A stretch of 64,000 bases of DNA from an uncultured Candidatus Binatia bacterium (GTDB taxonomy: Bacteria; Desulfobacterota; Binatia; UBA9968; JAJDTQ01): assembly GCA_965215605.1 (NCBI GenBank), contig OZ244070.1, positions 1,888,001 through 1,952,000 of the forward strand. Reading direction: 5' to 3'. The notes under the pieces were generated by a model that was not told the origin of the DNA, did not search any database, and saw nothing but the letters and a program-made list of their open reading frames with translations. The first letter of the stretch is position 1. Each line of letters starts with the position of its first letter. Of this stretch, positions 10,436 through 20,301 are shown piece by piece. Made by a program: the position numbers and the translations under genes.

Positions 10436-10897
10436 CTACATGGAGAGCTTGGTTGCCGGGATTTCCCTTCGGGCGACGGTCTGGTTCACCAACGCGAGCT
10501 CGTTGACGCGCACCACGTTGCCGCCGCCGACGTCCCTATTCCGGGCTACGAACCTGACGTAGAGGATCGAGCCGGATTCAACCCTTACATCGATCTTCGC
10601 CGTATCGGTGGTGATGGGCATACTGCCCATCACCGCGACGATCGTGTGCATGCCCGGCGGCATCTGGCGGACCTGGTAGCCGCCGTTCCCCAGGTCCGGC
10701 CCGAGCCGGCCGTCGACCTGAACGCGCACGGGAAGCATGTCGCCGACCACGGACCACGGCCGGTAAAGATAGACGACGCCAACACCCGCCCTGGGGCTCT
10801 TCCACCCGTCGAAGCGCGGTCCCGTGGCCATGGCGCAACCGCCAAGCAGGAATAGCAGCCCGGCGGCAATTCCAATCCATCTCCTGGTGGCGTTCAT
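10436..10897 (-). CDS. DUF2846-like lipoprotein
   Basis: Lipobox LGGC; VVYLYRP, LGNGGY, PGMHTI. Confidence 0.75.
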   Translation of the reverse strand: MNATRRWIGIAAGLLFLLGGCAMATGPRFDGWKSPRAGVGVVYLYRPWSVVGDMLPVRVQVDGRLGPDLGNGGYQVRQMPPGMHTIVAVMGSMPITTDTAKIDVRVESGSILYVRFVARNRDVGGGNVVRVNELALVNQTVARREIPATKLSM

Positions 10898-10934
10898 GGC
10901 ATTCAGCCGGCGGCCGCCTGCTGCGCTCCCGCCG

Positions 10935-11948
10935 TTATGCCTCCAGCCCCAGCGAGTAGAACCGGTTGCAGTTGTCGAAGAAGACCTTCCGCTTCTGGTC
11001 CTCGGAAATGTCGGTGCGCTCCCGGACCTCTTTGGTGGCGTTGGGCCAGATGGTGTCCCAGTGTGGGTAGTCGGCGGCGAACAGCCACATGTCGTCGCCG
11101 TAGCGGTCCATGCAGTAGGGCAGCATGGCGTCGTCCGGATCGAAACTCACGTACACCCGTCCGCTGGTGACGTACTCGCTGGGCTTGGCCTTGAGGAGTG
11201 GCGCCTCCTCGCTACGCCGCTCGTAGTGCTCGTCGATGCGGTCGAGCCAGTAGGGAAGCCAGCCGCACCCGGCCTCGAAGAAGCCCAACTTGAGCTTGGG
11301 GAAGCGTTCCATCACCCCGCAGGTGACGATGCCGAGAAAGGCCTGCATGATCTCGAAGGAAAAGCTCACGGTGTGGGCCTGGAGAAAGCTCTCCCAGCGT
11401 TCCTGCCCCTCCGCGCCCCAGGAGTTGCCGTGGAAGCAGACCGGGATGTCCAGGCGCTCGGCCTCGGCGTAGATGGGCCAGAACTCCTCGGCGCCGAGGT
11501 TCTTCTTGTGGCCGTGGGTGTGGATCATCACGCCCGGGTGGTGCCACTTGTTGACGGCGCGGTTGAGCTCTTCCACGGCCGCGGGCACATCCTTGAGCGA
11601 GACCGTGGCGATGCCCTTCATGCGTGGGTTCTGCTGCTGGATCTCGCCGATGTAGTCGTTCCAGGCCCGCGCCAGCGCCTTCTGGAGGTCGCTCTGGGGG
11701 ACGAGGCTGAGGCTCAGTCCCATGGTCGGATACGTGACGGTAAGGTTGATGCCCTCCACGTCCATGTCCGCGACGTACCCGTCCGCGCCGATGGTCTGTT
11801 TCCCCATGCGTCCGAGGAAGCGGTCCCAGGTGTCGCTGGGAAAGAGCCCCTGGCGGATACGCTGGAACTGCTCCGGTACGCGGGAGCGGTAGTCGTCGAT
11901 GGTTTCGCGGATGTGCGAGTCGGAGTCCAGGATCGGGTAGCCGGCCAT
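10935..11948 (-). CDS. Amidohydrolase family 2 protein
   Basis: ILDSDSH, FFEAGCGW, FAADYPHWD. Confidence 0.88.
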   Translation of the reverse strand: MAGYPILDSDSHIRETIDDYRSRVPEQFQRIRQGLFPSDTWDRFLGRMGKQTIGADGYVADMDVEGINLTVTYPTMGLSLSLVPQSDLQKALARAWNDYIGEIQQQNPRMKGIATVSLKDVPAAVEELNRAVNKWHHPGVMIHTHGHKKNLGAEEFWPIYAEAERLDIPVCFHGNSWGAEGQERWESFLQAHTVSFSFEIMQAFLGIVTCGVMERFPKLKLGFFEAGCGWLPYWLDRIDEHYERRSEEAPLLKAKPSEYVTSGRVYVSFDPDDAMLPYCMDRYGDDMWLFAADYPHWDTIWPNATKEVRERTDISEDQKRKVFFDNCNRFYSLGLEA

Positions 11949-12074
11949 GTGCGTTACCTCCACGGAGAGTTGTTCGTATTCATGTGAATACGGCAAGAGT
12001 TTGCCGCGTGTCAATCAGGGCCGGGGCGCGAGACGAACGCGTGACGCCCTCGTTCTTCGGCTTTGGGAGAGTTG

Positions 12075-12422
12075 TCAGTCCGCGGCGCCGTAAACCCGGT
12101 CGGTCTTGGCCGCCATGATGAAGTCGTTGCGGTGGAGGTTGCGGATCTTGTGGGTCCACCAGGTGACGCGGACCCGTCCCCATTCGGTCACGATCCGCGG
12201 GTGGTGACCCTCCGCCTCGGCGATGTCGCCCACGGCCGCGGTAAAGGCCAGCGACCGGGCGAAGTTCCTGAACTTGAAGAGCCGGTCCAGCCTGGGGATC
12301 CCGTCCTCCTCGATCATCGCCCACTCCGGCGTCTGCGGCTTGAGCTCGCGGACTTCCTCTTCGGTGACCACCGGGGCGTCGGCCCGGCACGCTACGCATT
12401 TCTCTTCGGTCAACTGGCTCAT
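12075..12422 (-). CDS. phhB: 4a-hydroxytetrahydrobiopterin dehydratase
   Basis: [36 protein letters not shown]. Confidence 0.92.
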   Translation of the reverse strand: MSQLTEEKCVACRADAPVVTEEEVRELKPQTPEWAMIEEDGIPRLDRLFKFRNFARSLAFTAAVGDIAEAEGHHPRIVTEWGRVRVTWWTHKIRNLHRNDFIMAAKTDRVYGAAD

Positions 12423-12456
12423 GGGATCCCTCCAGGGCTGGATGACTTTGCTTCGC

Positions 12457-12671
12457 CGCCCGCGGTGCGCCGCGCGACAAGATCGACGCCCATGTCGCGG
12501 CCATCGAGGCCGGTCAATGCCCCTCGCTCGGGCCAGTCGGGCCGGCGCCAGATTTCCTCGATCTCGAATTCGGGCTGCTGAAGCGCGATCCGAATGAACA
12601 ACTGCTCGAACCAGCGCCCCTTCTCGGACTCGTCGCGGATGCGTTCGAGGATGGCGTCCGCGCTTGGCCAT
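12457..12671 (-). pseudogene. Truncated N-terminal Mrr-like nuclease domain of a Type ISP-like restriction/helicase protein
   Basis: [10 protein letters not shown]...WRRPDWPER...[10 protein letters not shown], then the homology stops at the phhB junction. Confidence 0.6.
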
Positions 12672-12774
12672 CCAGCGAGGTCAAGGCTGATCTGCGCCGC
12701 CGCCAAACTTAGTACACTAGGACTCCCCGCCGTCGAGGGGCTTTTGCGTGGGCGCGCCTGCGTCCGATCGGTGT

Positions 12775-13080
12775 TCATCCTGTCGTGTGCAGCCCGCTGA
12801 CCGCGTCCAGGGTCGGCAGCCGGGCGATCGCTTGGCCGTTCTTCCGCTCCGCGAGCCGCAGCTCATAGAGCTTCCGGAGGTTGAGCCAGAACTCCCCGGA
12901 GGTGCCGAAGAAGCGCCCCAAGCGCAAGGCCGTGTCGCCGGTGATCGACCGTCGACCGTTGAGTATCTCCTTAATGCGGTTCACCGGCACCTCGATGCGC
13001 TGCGCCAATGCCGCGGCGCTCATGCCGAGGGCATCGAGATCCTCGCGCAGGGTTTCGCCCGGATGAATGGGTTCGCGCAT
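12775..13080 (-). CDS. higA: HigA-family antitoxin (no adjacent HigB)
   Basis: PIHPGETL, ITGDTALRLGRFFGTS.EFWLNL. Confidence 0.88.
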   Translation of the reverse strand: MREPIHPGETLREDLDALGMSAAALAQRIEVPVNRIKEILNGRRSITGDTALRLGRFFGTSGEFWLNLRKLYELRLAERKNGQAIARLPTLDAVSGLHTTG

Positions 13081-13096
13081 GACTTGCCTCCTCAAA

Positions 13097-13414
13097 TTAC
13101 GCAACTGCGCCCAGGCCGTTTTTCGCGACTACCGTCAGCAGTTTCAATGAGGCCCCCCGCGGTCGCTTCTCGCCGCGCTCCCACTGGCTCACCAGCCCCG
13201 TGGTCACGTTGAGGTAGCGCGCGAACACAGCCTGGCTCGCGTTTTCCCGAAGCCGCAGCGTCCGAATGTCCTCCGGCGACATCACCTCCACGGGCGTCAG
13301 GCACATCTCGTCGAACACACGCATGGTTTTCTTGGACATGACGCCGGCCTCCGCCAGACCGAGCGCCGCCTCGTGCGCGGCCGCCAGCGCCTCACTCTTG
13401 TACTGCTTGGTCAT
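13097..13414 (-). CDS. HTH XRE antitoxin/regulator
   Basis: KTMRVFDEMCL, SQAVFARYLNV..VSQWERGEKRP.GASLKLL. Confidence 0.88.
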   Translation of the reverse strand: MTKQYKSEALAAAHEAALGLAEAGVMSKKTMRVFDEMCLTPVEVMSPEDIRTLRLRENASQAVFARYLNVTTGLVSQWERGEKRPRGASLKLLTVVAKNGLGAVA

Positions 13415-13781
13415 CGCATTTCACCTCGGTAATCGCTCCAACCCTCTGCGCTGCGGCGAGGCCGGCTTGGTCCAGCGAAAGGTATTCGTCTGCCAGCAAC
13501 CGGAACGTCGCCAGCTCGTCCCGCCGCACATTATCCCGGTCGCTCTTGGCGAAGCCGTAGACGAAAAACGCCAGTTCGCCCCTGCGAAACAGCATGATCG
13601 TCCGGAACCCGCCGGAGCGGCCGCCACCCTTGCGGGCGATGCGCTGCTTGATGACGCCTCCGCCCAGGTCGGCATCTATCAGGCCTTTCCGAGCACGGCG
13701 AACCGCGTCGCACAGCGCATCGTCCTCCAGTCCCTCGCGGTTCGCGAAACGCGCGAACGCCTTGGTCTTGAACGTCTGCAA
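13392..13781 (-). CDS. RelE/ParE-family toxin (DUF1044-like)
   Basis: TTG start; FKTKAFARFA, DADLGGGVIKQRIAR..GRSGGFR, FVYGFAK. Confidence 0.85.
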   Translation of the reverse strand: MQTFKTKAFARFANREGLEDDALCDAVRRARKGLIDADLGGGVIKQRIARKGGGRSGGFRTIMLFRRGELAFFVYGFAKSDRDNVRRDELATFRLLADEYLSLDQAGLAAAQRVGAITEVKCDDQAVQE

Positions 13782-14112
13782 TCCTGACCCCGTGAGCGCC
13801 TGCCATCGGAGCCATTTTATAGCACTGAGTGTGTGCGATACCAATCTGGCTTCGGATGCAGGCGCGGTCTCCGCACGGTCGCCCTGTGGCTTTTGGGCAA
13901 CGCGGCTTCCACCCGCCAATTGCATCGCCGGAAAGGTTCGCCGACTCGTCCGCATCCGTATGGCCGTCGAAGCGACCTCGTCGGGCCTGCGGCCTGAGAT
14001 CGGCTGGCACCAGGAAGAGGGCGAGTCTGGCCGGAAGTAGGGCGGTGGTCGGCGCTCCGGGAGAGGAGTCCTGCCGCCGTTCCCTTTTACCCGACTCAAG
14101 GAGCACGGCACG

Positions 14113-14850
14113 ATGCAGGCGGCACTCGCACCGCGCGGCGACGCGCAGACCTTTCTTACCTATTTCGTCGGCGACGGCCTAGACGACGACCGCTACGTCA
14201 TTCAGCGCTACCTGTCCCGGGCCAACGGCGACATCTTCCCCGTCGACGCAGAAGGCGCCAAGCCGAAGGGTCGGCGCCGGCCTCGTCCGACCGTCGCCTC
14301 GTTGAAGAAGGTCGAGAACCCGCGTCCGGCCCGCGACGAAATCATCATCGCCACGGGAATCACACTGCGCCGCGCTGGCGAAGTCGTCTCCCTCGAATGG
14401 GATTGGATCAAGGGCAAACGCATCTTCCTTCCGGACTCCAAGTCCGGGCCGCGCACGGTCTGGCTGTCGAGCGCCGCCCGCGCGGTCATCGACGCCATCC
14501 CGCGCTACAGCCCCGATTGCCCGTTCCTGTTTCCGGCCCGTCCCCCGACGCGGCACATCGACAACTTCGAGTACCAGTGGCACCGCATCCGCAACGAGGC
14601 GGGTTTGCCCGGCTTGAGGCTTCATGACCTCCGCCACAACTGGGCTTCGGTCGCCGCCATGAACGGCGTGGACATGGTGACCATCGCCAAGCTGCTTGGT
14701 CATGCCCTCGTCGAGACCACGGAGCGTTACACCCATCTTTCCGACCAGACCGTTTCGCACGCCGCCGACCAGGTGTCGAACCGCATCCATGCGGCCTTGG
14801 CCGGAAGGGGCGCAGAGCAAGAGGGAGGAGACCGCCATGCCCACCGTTGA
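14113..14850 (+). pseudogene. Tyrosine integrase A, C-terminal catalytic part (N-terminus lost or chimeric)
   Basis: LPDSKSGPR, LRLHDLRH, KLLGH..TTERYTH. Confidence 0.8.
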
Positions 14851-15485
14851 CCTCACCCCGCGCCTGGCCCGCGAGAGCAAGCCCGGCTTCAGGGACACGT
14901 TCCTGTTTGACAAGACGCTGCCCGGCTTCGGGCTGCGCATCCACCCCTCGGGCCGGAAGGTCTGGATCGTGCAGGCCCGCATCGAGGGACGGAGCCGCCG
15001 CATCGTCATCGCACGGCACGCCGAGATGGAGATTGCAGAGGCCCGCCGCCGCGCCCGCGAGATCCTCGCTCGCATCCGCGCGGGCGAGGACCCCGCAGAC
15101 GACATCCAGAGAGAGAAGGAGACCGCGACCTTGGGGAGTTCGCGGACGAGTACCTGCGGCGCTCAGCGCCGCACTGGAAGCCGTCGGGGCGCAAGACCGT
15201 GCGCATCTACCTCAAGGCCCGCATCCTGCCCGCTTTCGGCAGGATGCCGCTTGACCGCATCGGCCCCGGGCACGTGGCCGCGTGGTTCGACGCGGCCAGC
15301 AAGGACAAGCCCGGCGCGGCCAACCGCGCCTTCGAGATTCTACGCTCGATGATGTTCCGGGCCGAGGAGTGGGGTTTGCTGGAGCGCAACAGCAATCCCT
15401 GTCTCGGCATCGCCAGGAACCCGGCGAAGCGCGTCGCCCGGTTCCTCGACGCCGGCGAGCTGGCGCGGCTAGGCCGCGCGCTCGA
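14837..15485 (+). pseudogene. Tyrosine integrase B, N-terminal Arm-DNA-binding and core part; frameshifted (~15130) and truncated
   Basis: FDKTLPGFGLRIHPSGRKVW..EARRRAREIL; PGAANRAFEILRSMMFRAEEWG..NPC; ends at the ankyrin cassette boundary. Confidence 0.8.
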
Positions 15486-16437
15486 CAGGCCGGTTATCCG
15501 TTTCTGGCAAGCCCTTGCGGGCTCAACGACCTCCGCCCCAGCACAGAAGAGCATCGTACAGGCTCCGCAAGGACGCGGGAGGAGTCCGCCCCTCGCATTT
15601 CCCCGAGCGTTCCCTGTTCATTCATCGGCCCCGTCCTCATCGCGCCCCGTGCGCTTTCAGTGTCCGGATCACTTCCTGAAAAGGTTTGACGCTCCCCTCT
15701 GTCTTTTCCATCCTGAGTCGGGCTAGGTCCAGAGGAGTGACTTTACCTTCGGCTCTCGCATTCACCTTCGCGCCAGCAGAGAGCAATGCCTTCACCGCTC
15801 CCGCTCGGCCATTGAGTGCCGCCCAGTGAAGGGGAGTCCTCTCATCTTTGGATTTGGCGTTCACCTTCGCGCCAGCAGAGAGCAATGCCTTCACCGCTCC
15901 CGCTCGGCCATTGAGTGCCGCCCAGTGAAGGGGAGTCCTCTCATCTTTGGATTTGGCGTTCACCTTCGCGCCAGCAGAGAGCAATGCCTTCACCACTCCC
16001 GCTTGGCCGTTGTCTGCCGCCCAGTGAAGGGGAGTCCACCCATCTTTGGATTTGGCGTTCACGTCCGCGCCAGCTGCGAGCAATGCCTTCACCGCTCCCG
16101 CTGGGCCATTGAGTGCCGCCCACTGAAGGGGCGTAAACCCATTTTTGTCTTTGGCGTTCACGTCCGCGCCAGCAGCGAGAAGTTCCCTGACGCGATGCTC
16201 GTCGCCCTGCCGCGCTGCGTCGTGGATCGGGGCCGCCATCAGGGCTGTTGGAGACCAAAGACACGCCAGCACAAGCACGGTCACCAATCGTCGAATCATC
16301 GCGTCTCCTCTGGATTCAGATAAATCTGCTTCCCAGTCGCATCGACGGGCAAAGCTCGATGGAACCTTATGCAATGGCACGCGGCCATGGGTCAAGGAAT
16401 CCGCCGGAGCGGCGCCTTCGAAGCGTTTCTTCCTCGC
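15486..16437 (-). repeat. Ankyrin cassette copy 1 (gene plus ~150-bp flanks)
   Basis: Flanks closely match 20302-22077 (caggccggt...cctcgc). Confidence 0.9.
15637..16299 (-). CDS. Secreted ankyrin-repeat protein (N-cap, 4 internal repeats, C-cap)
   Basis: RBS gaggaga, signal peptide, 99-bp TPLHWAAxxG..KALL.AGA.VNA repeats. Confidence 0.92.
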   Translation of the reverse strand: MIRRLVTVLVLACLWSPTALMAAPIHDAARQGDEHRVRELLAAGADVNAKDKNGFTPLQWAALNGPAGAVKALLAAGADVNAKSKDGWTPLHWAADNGQAGVVKALLSAGAKVNAKSKDERTPLHWAALNGRAGAVKALLSAGAKVNAKSKDERTPLHWAALNGRAGAVKALLSAGAKVNARAEGKVTPLDLARLRMEKTEGSVKPFQEVIRTLKAHGAR

Positions 16438-16677
16438 CCGGGATTGCGGACGCGCACATGGCGACGATCCATTCTATAACGCACGGCAACCGCGCCGCCT
16501 GGACTTCCGGCGCAGCGTCTTGCAAAGCCAGAATCCAGCGCTCACCATCCCGCAAGCATTCGCCTGCCGTGATGAACGTCCAATCCAAGTGTCGCGGGCT
16601 GTACTGCGTGGCGGTAGCGAGTGAAACTGCACCGCCGCACCAGCCCGAGCCGACAGCGCCGACGGCGCGGGCCTCGA

Positions 16678-16992
16678 TCATGCGCGCAGCGCCCCCACGC
16701 GCCGATCCGCAGCCGTCCGGTCGCGCCGCGCCCGCGCAAGCTCGTAGCTCGCCTGCATCCGCATCCAATGCTCGGCGGTGCCCCAGCCGATGTCCTCCAA
16801 CGCCAGCGCTATGTTCGCCGACACGCCAGCCTTGCCATTCAGCAGCCGCGACAGCGTTCCGCGCTCACAGCCGAGCCGTGCCGCCGTCTCGGTCACGTTC
16901 CAGCCCACATCGTCCATGCTCTCGCGGATGAGTTCGCCCAGGTGCGGCGGGTTCTGCATCGGGCCGACGCGATCGCTTGCGGTGTCGTTCAT
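16678..16992 (-). CDS. higA: HigA-family antitoxin
   Basis: NPPHLGELIRE..LSRLLNGKAGVS..WMRMQASY. Confidence 0.88.
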   Translation of the reverse strand: MNDTASDRVGPMQNPPHLGELIRESMDDVGWNVTETAARLGCERGTLSRLLNGKAGVSANIALALEDIGWGTAEHWMRMQASYELARARRDRTAADRRVGALRA

Positions 16993-17010
16993 GGTCAGCA
17001 CTCCCTCCGG

Positions 17011-17283
17011 TCAGTGGTAGTCGATCAGGTCCACGTCCACGGCCTCGCCGTCCTCGAATCGGAACACCACCCGCCAGTTGCCTGAGACGCGAACGCTCCA
17101 CTCGCCCGCGCGATCATCCTTGAGGGGATGCAGCCGGAAACCCGGCGCGTCGGCGCTGCCCGGATCCGTGGCCTCTTGCAGACGGAACAGGATACGCCGA
17201 AGCCGTGGCGCGAGACCGGCGGGAAGCCGCGCCGCGTCATCGCGCTCGTGCAGCGCCCGCAGCCCCTTGTGCCTGATCCTCAT
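17011..17283 (-). CDS. higB: HigB/RelE-like toxin
   Basis: RHKGL..PGFRLHPLK..WSVRVSGNWRVVFRF..DYH. Confidence 0.9.
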   Translation of the reverse strand: MRIRHKGLRALHERDDAARLPAGLAPRLRRILFRLQEATDPGSADAPGFRLHPLKDDRAGEWSVRVSGNWRVVFRFEDGEAVDVDLIDYH

Positions 17284-17290
17284 GATTCAC

Positions 17291-17309
17291 TGTAGCGCGC
17301 TGCGTTACA
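17291..17309. promoter_or_regulatory. Palindromic TA operator candidate
   Basis: tgtagcgc-gct-gcgttaca just upstream of higB. Confidence 0.5.
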
Positions 17310-17468
17310 CGCCTCAAGTGCTCGTCATGCCGTCCCGTCACGATGGCGCTCCACCCACCGGCCGTGTCGCTTGCCGTCCACAAAGGGGCCTTCTTCACCC
17401 GGTTTCGGCTCGTTGGACTTGCCGAAGGTCCTTGCAGGGCGCACGGTATTGCCGTATACCCGGACGGC

Positions 17469-17759
17469 ATGACCGTCCGCTCCATCCGTCACCGGGGCCT
17501 GCGCGAGCTGTTCGAGAACGACTCGCCCCGGCGGCTGAAGCAGGAGCTGGCGGAGCGGGTGCGCGGGATCGTGACGGCGCTCGCCCTAGCCGAGAACATG
17601 GAGGGCTTTGTCCGGGAGGCGGCGCCGGGTTGGCGCGTACATCGGCTGTCAGGCAGGCGACGCAACGAATGGAGCGTTTCGGTGTCCGCCAACTGGCGCA
17701 TCACCTTCGAGGAGCGGGACGGCGGGATCGAGCGTCTGAACCTGGAGGACTACCACTGA
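17469..17759 (+). CDS. higB: HigB/RelE-like toxin (second, divergent)
   Basis: RSIRHRGL..PGWRVHRLSG..WSVSVSANWRITF..EDYH. Confidence 0.9.
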   Translation: MTVRSIRHRGLRELFENDSPRRLKQELAERVRGIVTALALAENMEGFVREAAPGWRVHRLSGRRRNEWSVSVSANWRITFEERDGGIERLNLEDYH

Positions 17760-18064
17760 TGAGCAGAGACGGCATCAAGATGGGAATGACCCCTTCGCAC
17801 CCCGGAGCCTTCATCCGGTTAGAAGTGATCGAGGAGTTCGGGTTGAACATCACGGCGGCAGCGCGAATTCTCGGAGTGCGTCGGGCGACGCTCTCCGACT
17901 TGGTGAACGGCAACGCGTCGCTGTCGCCGGAGATGGCGCTGCGGGTGGAGAAGGCATTCGGCCTCAGCATGGACCTTTTGTTGCGGATGCAGGCATGGCA
18001 CGACGCGACGCGGATGCGGGCGCGCGCCGACGAGATCGACGTTCAGCGGTATCAGCTGGCATGA
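17759..18064 (+). CDS. higA: HigA-family antitoxin
   Basis: TGATG overlap; PSHPGAFIR..LSPEMALRVEKAFG..LLRMQAW. Confidence 0.9.
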   Translation: MSRDGIKMGMTPSHPGAFIRLEVIEEFGLNITAAARILGVRRATLSDLVNGNASLSPEMALRVEKAFGLSMDLLLRMQAWHDATRMRARADEIDVQRYQLA

Positions 18065-18302
18065 TCCGCTACGCGCACCGGCGCTCAATTGACGGACCCT
18101 GACCCCTGACCACTCCGGGGACTCTCGCCAAGGGCGTCAATTGGGCGCGGTGGTACGCTTGTCCCGGAAATGGAATGGCGCCTATTTGGTACCTGGCCAC
18201 CGAATTCTTCCTGCACCGCGCTTCTACACGCATCGTAACCTACCGAATTATAGTCATCAAATGACATCGGGCTTCCGACCGGACCTTGGGTACGGCTACA
18301 CC

Positions 18303-18561
18303 GACATGGTGCTGGGTCCACGGCGGCGGCCCCGGCGTCGAGCGCATCGCGGCAAGTTGGGCCGAGCAACGCGGCGTCCACTAGGTCGTGTGCAAGCCCG
18401 ACTGGGACCGCCACGGACGGGCCGCTCCGTTCCGCCGCAACGACGACCTCCTCAACCTCCTGCCCAAGGGCGTGATCGCGTTCCCCGGCAGCGGCATCAC
18501 CGACAACCTCGTCGACAAGGCAAGGCAGCTCGGCATCCCGGTCCAGAAGGTGGCTGCCTGA
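18303..18561 (+). pseudogene. DUF2493 (SLOG-like) protein C-terminal remnant
   Basis: DMVL/VHGGGPGVERIAASWA..H*VVCKPDWDRHGRAAPFRRND..IAFPGSGITDNLVDKARQLGIPV; contains a frameshift and an internal TAG. Confidence 0.75.
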
Positions 18562-18705
18562 GCCGCACGCAACAGGGGGTCGCGTCGCTTCGGCGGCGCG
18601 CCTCGGGTCGCTGGCGCTCCCTCCGCGCTCCGTCCGCCCACAAAACGGCGTGCCCCGTGTTTCATTCCAGGCGCGCCATGCCTGGCCGCGCATCCGACCC
18701 ACGAC

Positions 18706-19230
18706 TCGCCGCCTCCGGCAACGTGCTTCGCACGTATGCCATCGGCGACTTCAGCACTGACCGCCACTCGGTCGCCGCGGCGGTCCGCTGGTTTCCACGT
18801 CACCGGCGTTGCCGGTGACGCTACCCTGTCGAGCCGTTGCGCGGTCTCGCGCCTTCGATCGCTGGCGCTCCCGGTGTGCGCACGGCTCGCCGCCTTCGGC
18901 AGTGACCACCACTCAATCGCCATTGCCGCTGACGTGACCCTGTCGAACCCGGCTGCGCCAGCTCACCTATTCAGCACGGCATGCCTCGCCGCCTCCGGCG
19001 GCGTCGCTGCACTCATGCCGTCCGCCTCGCTGCGCTCGTCTTCGGCACACCCCCTCCGCATCCGCATCGCCCGTGCGGGCTCTGCCCATCACCGGCTTCC
19101 GCACTCCGCCGTCCTCGCTTTCCTCACCGCTGCGGACGCCACTGCCCGCGCTTCCGGCAGCGTGCTCCGCACGCCTGCCGGAAGCTCCGTCGACACTGAC
19201 TTCCACTCAGTCGCCGTGGCGGCTCCCTTC
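18706..19230 (+). repeat. Three imperfect dispersed direct repeats in non-coding, C-rich DNA
   Basis: cactgaccgccactcggtcgcc (~18755), cagtgaccaccactcaatcgcc (~18900), cactgacttccactcagtcgcc (~19194); each preceded by a gcctccggca-like motif. Confidence 0.6.
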
Positions 19231-19504
19231 TGCCGGCTTCGCCGGCGTCGTTCCCCCTTCGCTCATACCTCAGATTTTCCGTTCCTGACCGCATGGCGCG
19301 GGCTCTGGTATTCACACCCCACGCATCGGGGATGCCGTTCCGGTCAGTGTCCGCCATCACGCAATAGTGCGGAAACACACGTAGATTCAGAGCCTTACGG
19401 CTCACCTCGTCCCGCACCGCCAAGCGGCTTCCTCGAAAAACGCCGCCGCGACCGCTTCCTGTTCTGACCGCCGGTCGCGCGGCCCAACAAAGGAGCCGCA
19501 AGCC

Positions 19505-20170
19505 ATGACCGACGAATTCAAGTCCACCTTCGCCAAGCGCGTCCGCGCCGCCAAACCCCGCGCCAGGAAGTACGATGTCTGGGACGACGTGATCTCCGGC
19601 CTCGGCCTCCGCGTCGGCACCAGCGGAAATCGCTCGTTCTTCGTGCGCCGCAGCGTGCGCGGGCGCATCCGCTCCGCCACCATCGCCAGCGCCGACACCC
19701 TCACCGTGCCCGAGGCGCGGCGCGAGGCCCGCAGGCTCCTCGCCACCTTCCCGCATCGGCCCCGAGCACGTGGCCGCGTGGTTCGACGCTGCCAGCAAGG
19801 ACCGGCCCGCGCGTCGTCCCGCTCGGCGAAGCCGCGCGTGCGCACGTCGCGGCGCTGCCCGGCCTGCGCAACCCGGATGCCTGCCTGTTTCCCCGCCATG
19901 CCGAAGGCCGGGGGACGTACAGCCTTGAAAACTGCTGGCGGACGGTCTGCGAAGACGCCGGCCTCGGCCAACTGCGCCTGCACGACCTCCGCCATACCGC
20001 CGCGAGTCATGCCGTCATGTCGGGCGAAAGCCTGTTGCTGGTCGGGAAGCTGCTCGGGCACCGGCGCCACCGCACGACGGCAGGCTACGCGCACTTGGCC
20101 GACGCGCATCTTGTCGAGGCCGCGGAGAAGGTGGGGAAACTCATTGCCGGTTCCATGGACCTCCACCAGA
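19505..20170 (+). pseudogene. Collapsed tandem-integrase remnant (N-term Arm domain + short middle piece + catalytic C-terminus)
   Basis: YDVWDDVISGLGLRV; 19751-19807 matches 15255-15311; LRLHDLRHTAAS..KLLGH..TTAGYAH. Confidence 0.8.
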
Positions 20171-20301
20171 CGTCGTCTGACTCATGCGCACCTCGGGGCC
20201 ATGTGCCGGATTCTGCTTCAAACCCTCTATTACGCTCAGACCCCGTGTTCCTTGCGAGTCACGGCAGATGATTGATCCGTCATGGTTGCACGCCCTCAAG
20301 T

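Noticed and set aside
13141-13154. gtttcaatgaggcc resembling the CRISPR repeat end
   Set aside because: Lies inside a CDS encoding the conserved GASLK motif and lacks the repeat hairpin
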